This document shows positions 55,765 to 64,000 of a stretch of 64,000 nucleotides of DNA, in pieces. Position 1 is the first letter of the stretch. Every line of letters starts with the position of its first letter. Origin of the DNA: Camelus ferus (taxonomy: Eukaryota); the NCBI RefSeq assembly GCF_009834535.1, contig NC_045696.1:37760001-37824000 (forward strand), given 5' to 3'. A program made the position numbers and the translations under genes. The notes beneath the pieces were generated by a model. That model did not search any database, was not told the DNA's origin, and saw only the letters and a program-made list of their open reading frames with translations.

Positions 55765-56470
55765 ACTAGTGATCACATCTAATATTTATAGAGCACTTCT
55801 ATGAGACAGACTCTGTGCTTGGTGCCTATCATATCTTTTATGTAATCATGATGACAGCACCACAAGGTAATATATTAGTTTCCTAGAAATGCTGTAACAA
55901 ATTAGCACAAACTGGGTGGCTCGAGAAATTAGGAATTTATTGTCTAAGAGTCCTAAAAGCAAGAAGTGCAAAATCACAGAATCAGTATGGTCATTTCATC
56001 TGAAAATATAAGAGAGAATCCTCCTTGCCTCTTCCTAGCTTCTGGTAGTTTGCCAGCAACCCTTGGTGCTCCTTCGCCTGAAGCTGCAGCATTTCCATCT
56101 CCATTTCCATGGAGATATGACGTTTTTCATGCCTGCCTCTGTCTTCATGTGACATTTCCTCTTCTTCTCAGGACACCAGTCATGTGGGACTAAGGATCCA
56201 CCATACTTCAGTATGACCTCATCTTAGCTAATTGCATCTGTAATGACTCTATTTACAAACAAGGTCACTTTCTGAGTATTGGGGGTTAGGACTTCAACAT
56301 ATCTCTTGAGTGATGTAATTGAACCATAAGTATTAAATTGCTCCAGATTATTTATTTTCTAGATGAATAAACCAAGGCTTCAAAGCGTTAACTTCTACAA
56401 AATATTAGACCAAGTTTTCAAACCCTGAGATCTTGTTAGTAAAATGTATGCTTTTGATTCCTGTTACACT
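55765..56470 (-). mobile_element. MIR split by the MLT1 LTR
   Basis: 'atttatagagcacttctatgagacagac...cacaaggta' before the LTR and 'ttttctagatgaataaaccaaggct' after it. Confidence 0.65.
55871..56329 (-). mobile_element. MaLR solo LTR (MLT1C-like)
   Basis: 'tattagtttcctag...gctgtaacaaat', 'ggacaccagtcat', 'aaggtcactttctgagtattgggggttaggacttcaacatatct'. Confidence 0.85.
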
Positions 56471-58419
56471 ACTAATTAAAGCCATGGCCCTAAAAACTGT
56501 TAACTTTCTGTAGAAATACACAATGAAAATTTAATCATCTTTTCATGGTGGAAGCCAGAGAGCTCACTGAGGATTGAGAGCAAAAAAGAACACATGGCAT
56601 ATTAAGAAATGAGTCTAAAAAGATAAAGTGATAAAGACCAATCTGCCATGAGACCATAATGTGTAGTATATCTCTCCGTATGTATAGCCAAGACTAGGAC
56701 ATCTGAGAAATGGGACCATGAAAATAATGGAGCTCATGTTCTGTGGCTGAGAAATAATGACTTTCTTAATGGATTAGGGTAGAGTTGGAAGGAGTTAAAG
56801 AGGATAAGATCTGAAATGAGATGATCAATGAAAAATAAAGTCTTGAAAAAATATATGAAGAAATAAAGTAATTGTAAGCTTAGATTAGAGGAGCCAAGGG
56901 GTCAGGGAGTAGTACAAGTAGAGAATGAAGCAGATAACTAATCATCACTAACTATGGAAATGCACAAGTCTAGAAGTACAAGATATTTTATAAAATAAAA
57001 CCAATAGGATAATAGCAGTAATGCAATAGCACAGTAATTTAAACTATATGGGAGAGTGCAGTAGGTTTCTTGCATGTACTGTTAGTCTAGTGATTTCCTC
57101 TTATCAAAGAATGTGCATCAGTTTTGTAATACATTAGGTGATATTATGCACTAGTCCAAGCAAAGTGACCAAACTGATTTTGATGACCAGAAGCAGGAAC
57201 AGCAAGTTGTTTCTAATAACTAATAAGGAGAATTTTTGCTCTATTCCTTATTGTGGAGTTAGTAGTGATTTAAAATGAATCAATATCTCTAAAAGTCACA
57301 AATATATTTTAAAATAATATTTCAAATGATTCATATTACTTGATGACAAATTTATACTAGATCTTCGAAAATATCTGACTTGTTTCTGAGGTCCTGAACT
57401 GATGAAACAGACTCACATGTTGTTAAAGTAGAAACTTTAGAATGCAAAAGTAACCCGAAACCACTACCTTGTAATGAAATGAGTATTGACTGGAATTAGC
57501 CAGGGTTTGGGAATGAAATCATTCGTCGCCAGGCTCTTGATGGCTCCTGATAGTGTAGTGACCCTAACTTCTACCTTACTTTACCCAGACATTTCTAATT
57601 GTTCTTCCTGGAGTTATATTTGCACTTAAGTGTGACTTTCCAAATACTCTAATTTGATTCCAATTTTTTGCATTAGTGATGAAGCAGACTGAATGGAGAT
57701 ATACACTATCCAAGTGAGTCTGTGATACTGCACATGGCCACCTCCTCTCACCTCTTATCAATTCCTCTTGTAGTCTAGGTTTGAAGATCTCTACTATCAG
57801 CTAACTGAAAGCATCAACCACATGAGCATCATAAATCTTCATCCCAGAGCAGAAAGATGGCTAGTTTGAAAGCTATAGAAAATGAACATCTCAATTTATT
57901 ATCAAATGCACAGATGGCACCTTGATATGCCTTCAGTGTTTGATAAGATCATTCACTAAATTGCTGCTATTCAAATCTATTCCAGTGCTAGCTGGACACC
58001 TATTGATATCTCATGAAATCATCCATCCATTTTCACTGAACATTTAAGGTAGTTGTTGTTATCGGGAGACCAAAAAGAAGATGTAGAATGTACTAAATAG
58101 TGTGACGAATGACACTTGTTGGAATCTTGCTTCATTGTCATTTAGAGACTAGGGCTATTAGAAGAAATACAGCAGTCAAAATTAGTATAGTTGATAAACC
58201 TAAGATGAGGAATTTAATTGCTGGCACAGTACCAAATAACAGACTTCATGTGAAGGCAACAGACAGGTAGTAGCAAAAATTAAAATTAAAATGCAGACAG
58301 TTTTGGAATTAACATGCATTACATATCACAGAAGGAGAACATAAATAGCATATGAAAATTGAATACAGGTAATTAGTTCAGGATATCATATGGAAATATT
58401 ATTTACAGGTAAAAAGAGA

Positions 58420-61400
58420 TGAGAATGATCAGATTTACTCTCTTGCATTAAAAACAAAAACAAAACCCTGAAAAAATATAAAAACATAGTTCTCCTGGTA
58501 TGGAATATCAGGCAACACAATGATTCATGAGGAACAAAGTGGTATCATCACAAGTGGTATCATCACCCCAGATTACTCCCTCAAGAGAGGTTGCTGGATA
58601 TTTGCCAAAAAAGGCAAACCAGGCAGAGCTTACCTGTCTCCCTGATATGTAAAGGTGTTGCTGGAAGCACAGGGAGGACAAGGCAGCTCAAATACAGAGT
58701 ACTAAAGAGAGAAAGAGACTATTATCAAAAAGAACACAAACAGCAAGTGCCTGGTGAGGATGTGGAGAAAAGAGAATGCTTGTTGATGGGCATGTAAATT
58801 GGTGCAGTCAATGTGGAAAACAGTATGGAGGTTTCTCAAAAAAGCCAAACATAAAACTACAATATGACCCAGCAATTCCACTCCAAAAAAACTTCAAAAA
58901 CACTAATTCGAAAAGATACATGCACCCCAATGTTCATAGCAGCATTATTTACAATTGCCAAGATATGGAAGCAACCTAAATGTCCATCAGTAGATTAATG
59001 GATAAAGAATATGTGATATGTACATTTATATATCTATATTCACACTCTGGAATATTAGGTATAAAAATAATCTTGCCATCTGCAACAACATGGATGATCT
59101 TGGAGAGTATTATGCTAAGTGCAGTAAGTCAGACAGAGGAAAACAAATACTGTATGATATCACTTATATGTGAAATTTAAAATATACAACACTAGTGAAT
59201 ATAACAACAAAAAAAGCAGACTCACAGACATAAAGGAAAAATTAACGGTGACCAGTGGGGAGAGGGAAGTAGGGAGAGGCAATCTGGGGTAGAGGATAAA
59301 GATGTACAAAATATTATGTATTTCAAAAGCTACAAGGATATATTGTACAGTACAGGAAATATAGCCAATATTTTATAATAGCTATAAAAGGAGTACAAAC
59401 TTTAAAATTGTGAATTACTACACTATGCACCTGTAGCTTATATAATATTGTATATCAACTATATTTCAATAATTTTTTTAAAAAAGGGGAAGAGAGATAC
59501 ATGATAGATAGATAGATAGCCCGACCAACCAACCCTGAAGATGTACAGAAAGTCTCTGATAGGTACTAATGAAATGCATATGAAGGAACTACTTGTGACA
59601 GGACAATGAAACATCCACAAATATCTGGAGGAAACTGTACACAGGTATTCATGCAGAGGAAGAAATACTGCTTGTCCTCACTAGTCATACTAGAAAACCT
59701 TGTAATTCATAGGGCATTTGGTAAAATAATGATGAGGAGCATGCCCTAGAAGTAGGGAACAGTGAGCCCTAGAATAAACACAGGATCTGATCTACCCTAA
59801 CAAACTAAAAGTAGTAACTGAAGTGATCGAAGTGTTTCCAATTAACTGTATCCCAAAACCAAGCTCAAGATTGTTTGTAAGAAAACAAACATGTCCAACA
59901 TCTAGTAATGTAATATTTACAATTACTAGAATCTGATCCAAGATTATCAAGCATTCAAGGATGCAGAAAAATGTAACCCCAATGGGAAAAAAAGTCAATT
60001 ATTGAAACTGATGTATACCTGGCACAAAGGAAAGAATAAGCTGACAAGAATGGTAACACAGTTATCATGGTCGTATTCCACATGCTCGCAAATTTAAACA
60101 GTCATGGAAGATATTAAAAAAAGACAAACTGAAATGTAAGCTATGAAACTACAACATGTGAAATGAAATATACATTAATGGATTTAACAACAGATTAGAC
60201 ATTGCAGAAGAAAATATTAGGGAACTTGAAAACAGCAATTAAAAAATCCAAAATGAAGCACAGAGACAGAAAAACATTTTTTTTAAATATAAAACCATAA
60301 CTGAGCTTTGAGACAACATCAAGCAGCTTCAGATGTATGAAATTGGCATCCCTGTAAGATGGAAGACAAAAGGGTGTCAGAAAAAATGTTTGAATAATGC
60401 TTGAATATTTTCCAAATTAGGTGGAAAATACAAACTCACCAACCCAAAAGTTCAGTAATCCCAAGCACAAGATAAATGGAAATAAACAGACAAACTAATG
60501 CACACATGCTTGGATTGTACAAAACCAGGTATAAAGAAAAAATCTTTAAAGGGGTCAAAGTAGAAAGCCATTAGATTCAGCAAGCCAAAATAATTATGAC
60601 ACAGATTTCCCTTCAGAAACAACACAGGTGGAAGAGAACCTTAAAAGTACTGCTAGAAAATAAAAACAAATTGTCAGTCTGGAATTCTAGTCCCAAATAT
60701 ATCTTTCAAAAATATGCACTAAATAAAAACGTTCAAATATACAAAACCAAAAAGAATGCATTATAACAGGCCTTCAATTTAAGAGATGTTAAAGGGAGTT
60801 CTTCATACATAGAAAAAGTACACCAGGTGGAAATACAGATTTCTACAAAAGAATGAAAAACATAAAAACAGTATTTTGTTTATATATAATATATATTATA
60901 ATAATATGATATATAATATATAATTGCTTTTTACTAAGTATTTTGAAAGGTAATTGACTTTTAAAGCAAATAGAATAATAATGCATTCTGGAGTTCACAG
61001 TGTATGTATAAATAACATGTGTGGCAAAATGGTATAAAGGCTGGGGAATGCAAATATAATTTTTTATTCTTAATCCATATGTATTCTGATAAATATTAAC
61101 TTATTTAAACTTTGGTAAGTTAAAGAGGTATACTATATATCATAACCCCTAAAGCAATCACAAAAATAACAAAACAAAAATTAGAGTTTATAGATTCACA
61201 AAGACAAAAAAATTTATAAAATTACTCAGTTAATTCAAAATTATGTAGAGGAAGAATTAAAAAATGAAAAAGAACTGGAGAGTCCATTAGAAAACAAAAA
61301 GCAAGATCATATACTTTAACTATATAATCACATTAAGTATAAATGAGGGTGGTATATATGTTCATTATCTTGATTGTATTGGTCATTTCATGGAAGTATA

Positions 61401-62560
61401 TATATGTCAAATGTATCAAAGTGTACAATTGAATAAGTGTGACTTATTGTATGTCATTTACAGCTCAAAACAAAGTGAACTAAATACTTTTGCAGACATA
61501 ACAAATACTGGAACAAGTCATCACAAGCTGTCCTGCAACAAGAAATGTTAAATTTCTTAATGCAGAAGGAAAAAGTTATCAGATGTAAATGTGGATCTAT
61601 ACAAATGAATTGAAATGGTAACTATTTTGGTGAATATAAAGTACATTTTAATTGAATTTATGTTTAACAATTGCTGTCTAAAGAAAAAATGACAAAAACA
61701 AATTTTGGGAATGAATATATGTATGTATATTTATAAAATAACAAAAATAAAAAGACCAGGAAGAGAGCTATGGAAGTTTACTGTTAGAAAGTTCTAATAC
61801 AATACATGAAGAGGTATATTATCACTTGAGGCCAAAACTGCAATAAATTAAACAGGTTTACTCTAAATCCCAAAGGATATTCCAAAATGATCATTAAGAG
61901 TTTTAGCTACCCATTCAACAAAGAAGACAAAATTAATCATTAAAGAAGTGTAATAACTCTAATTGAACCATAAAAAAGAAAAAAAAGCAAACAACAGATG
62001 AGATTTATAGAGGAAAAAGCAATAATAGATATAAAACCCACAGTATCAACACTATTGCTAAAAGCAAATGGTTTAAATATCAAAACTGAAGGCAAACATT
62101 GTCAGATTATGAAACAAAAAAGATCTCATCATAGGCTAACTACAAGAAATTCACTTTAAATATAAAGATGAAAATAGGTTACAAGTAAATGGATGGAAAA
62201 AATATACCATGGTAACACTAATCACAACAATTGATATTAAACAAAGTAGACTTCAGAGCAAAGAATTATGGATAAAGAGGATCATTACATATTTTGAAAA
62301 CATTCAATTCATCAAAAGAGCTTAAGAATCTTAAACATCTGAATTTTAAATCAAAGCTAAAGTCTTTATACATTAAGCAAAAATTTATAGTAGTAAGGGG
62401 AAATAGATAAATACAAAATTATAGTGAGAAATGTCAACACCACTATCTCAATAATTGATAGAAGAAGTAGATAATCAATAAGAACATATTACACATAAAT
62501 GACACTATCAACAAACTTGACTTAATTGGCATCTATCGAAAAGTCTCAAACCAATGATCT
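58420..62560 (+). mobile_element. Old L1M 5'UTR-ORF1-ORF2(EN) remnant, interrupted by younger L1 pieces
   Basis: ORF1-like 'aacaacagattagacattgcagaagaaaatattagggaacttgaa'; EN-like 'acaagaaattcactttaaatataaaga...aaatggatggaaaaaatataccatg'. Confidence 0.8.
58718..59490 (+). mobile_element. L1 3' end nested in the older L1
   Basis: Same 3' UTR type as 28885-31570 and 47976-48605. Confidence 0.9.
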
Positions 62561-62602
62561 TAGCTTACACATTTAGAAACTCGAAAAGAAAAAAAAGTAC
62601 AA

Positions 62603-64000
62603 CAAAATATCTTCTGGGTAATTTGATAGGATTTAACATTAAATTTGTAGATTGCTTTGAGGAATATTCCATTTTAACAATATTAATTTTTCCAATTCAA
62701 GAGCATAGGATAACTTTTCATTTCTTTAAATCATCTTTAATTCCCTTAATCAATGTTTTATAGTTCTCCATGTATAAGTCTTTCACCTCCTTGGTCAGGC
62801 TTATTCCTAATTATTTTATTTTGTTTTATTTTTGGTGTGATTTTAAAAGGGATTGTTTTTATTTTTTTAACATTCCTTTTTTAATATTTTATTGTTAGTG
62901 TAAAGAAACAGATTTCTCTATGTTAATGTGCCCTGCTACCTTGCTGAATTCTGTCTTCATTTCTTATAGTTTTTGTGTGGAGTCCTTGGGGTTTACTATT
63001 TATACTAACATGTCATCCATGTATAGTGACATTTTTAACAGAACTAGAACAAATAATTCTAAAATTTATATGGAATCACAAATGACCCCAAATTGCCAAG
63101 GAAATACTGAAGAAAAAGAACAAAGCTTGAGAAATAACCCTCCCAGACTTCAGACAATATTACAAAGCTACAGTAATGAAAACAGTGTGGTACTGACCAA
63201 AAAAATACATAAGGATCAATGGATCAGAATAGAAAGACCAGAAATAAACTCACACGCCTACAGTCAATTACTCTTTGACAAAGGAGGAAATAACATACAA
63301 TGGAGAAAAGACAGTCTCTTCAGCAAGTAGTGTTGGGAAAACGACAGTGGCATGTAAATCAATGAAATTAGAATACTCTCTCACACAGTACACAAAATAA
63401 GCTCAAAATAGCCACTTAAGGCTGTGTGAAAAAGTAAAAAAAAAAAAAAAGCTTAAAGGCTTAAACATAAGACACCATAAACCTCCTAGAAGAGAATATA
63501 GGCAAACATTATCTGATATAAATTATAGCACTCTTCTCCTAGTGTAGTCTAACAAGGCAATAGAAATAAAAGCAAAAATAAATGGGACCTAATTAAACTT
63601 ACAAGTTTTTGCACAGCAAAGGAAATCATAAGCAAAACAAAAAGACAACCTATGAAATGGAAGAAAATATTTGAAAAATATTTAACAAAAGTTTAATTTC
63701 CAGAATATAAAAACAGCTCATACAACTTAATAACAACAACAACCAAAAAAACCCAATTAAAAAATGGGCAGAAGACCTAAATAAGCAATTCTCTAAAGAA
63801 GACATACAAATGGCCAATAGGCACATGAAAAAATGCTCAATATCACTAATTATCAGAGAAATACAGATTAAAACTGCAATGAGGTGTCATCTCACACTAG
63901 TTAGAATGGCCAGCATCAAAGAGTCCACAAATGATAAATGCTAGAGAGGGTATGAAGAAAAGGGAACCCTCCCACACTGTTGGTAGGAATATACTTTGGT
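62603..64000 (+). mobile_element. L1 ORF2 with an inverted 5' segment (62603-63030 antisense), runs off the window end
   Basis: Antisense ORF2 then sense 'tttttaacagaactagaacaaataattctaaaatttatatggaatcac'; colinear with 38620-39545. Confidence 0.92.

Noticed and set aside
58537..58567. Short direct repeats (aagtggtatcatcac x2; similar at about 25271-25292 and 42721-42752) as an array
   Set aside because: Two-copy slippage duplications with no repeat-spacer periodicity; no CRISPR-like structure seen anywhere in the window

Overview
This is AT-rich, CpG-depleted placental mammal genomic DNA, most likely camelid. That inference rests on a tandem pair of tRNA-Ala-derived SINEs that match my recollection of the camelid Vic-1 family. 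I find no supportable protein-coding gene: the listed ORFs are L1 or ERVL remnants, SINE/microsatellite read-throughs, or chance ORFs. The window reads as a gene desert or very large intron filled with L1 fragments of several ages (mostly + strand), MaLR/ERVL/ERV1 solo LTRs, MIR/L2/CR1 relics and microsatellites. The most unusual item is a 123-bp GC-rich, hairpin-forming retrocopy at 14309-14504 with a poly(A) tail and perfect 16-bp target-site duplications (TSDs), which I cannot assign to any family. Other points of note are three L1 5' inversions (one only about 19 bp), an ERVL gag remnant and a tiny poly(A) insertion inside an L1. Repeat family names are from memory of consensus sequences, not a database search, and boundaries of old repeats are approximate. 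I see no evidence of a novel multi-gene system.
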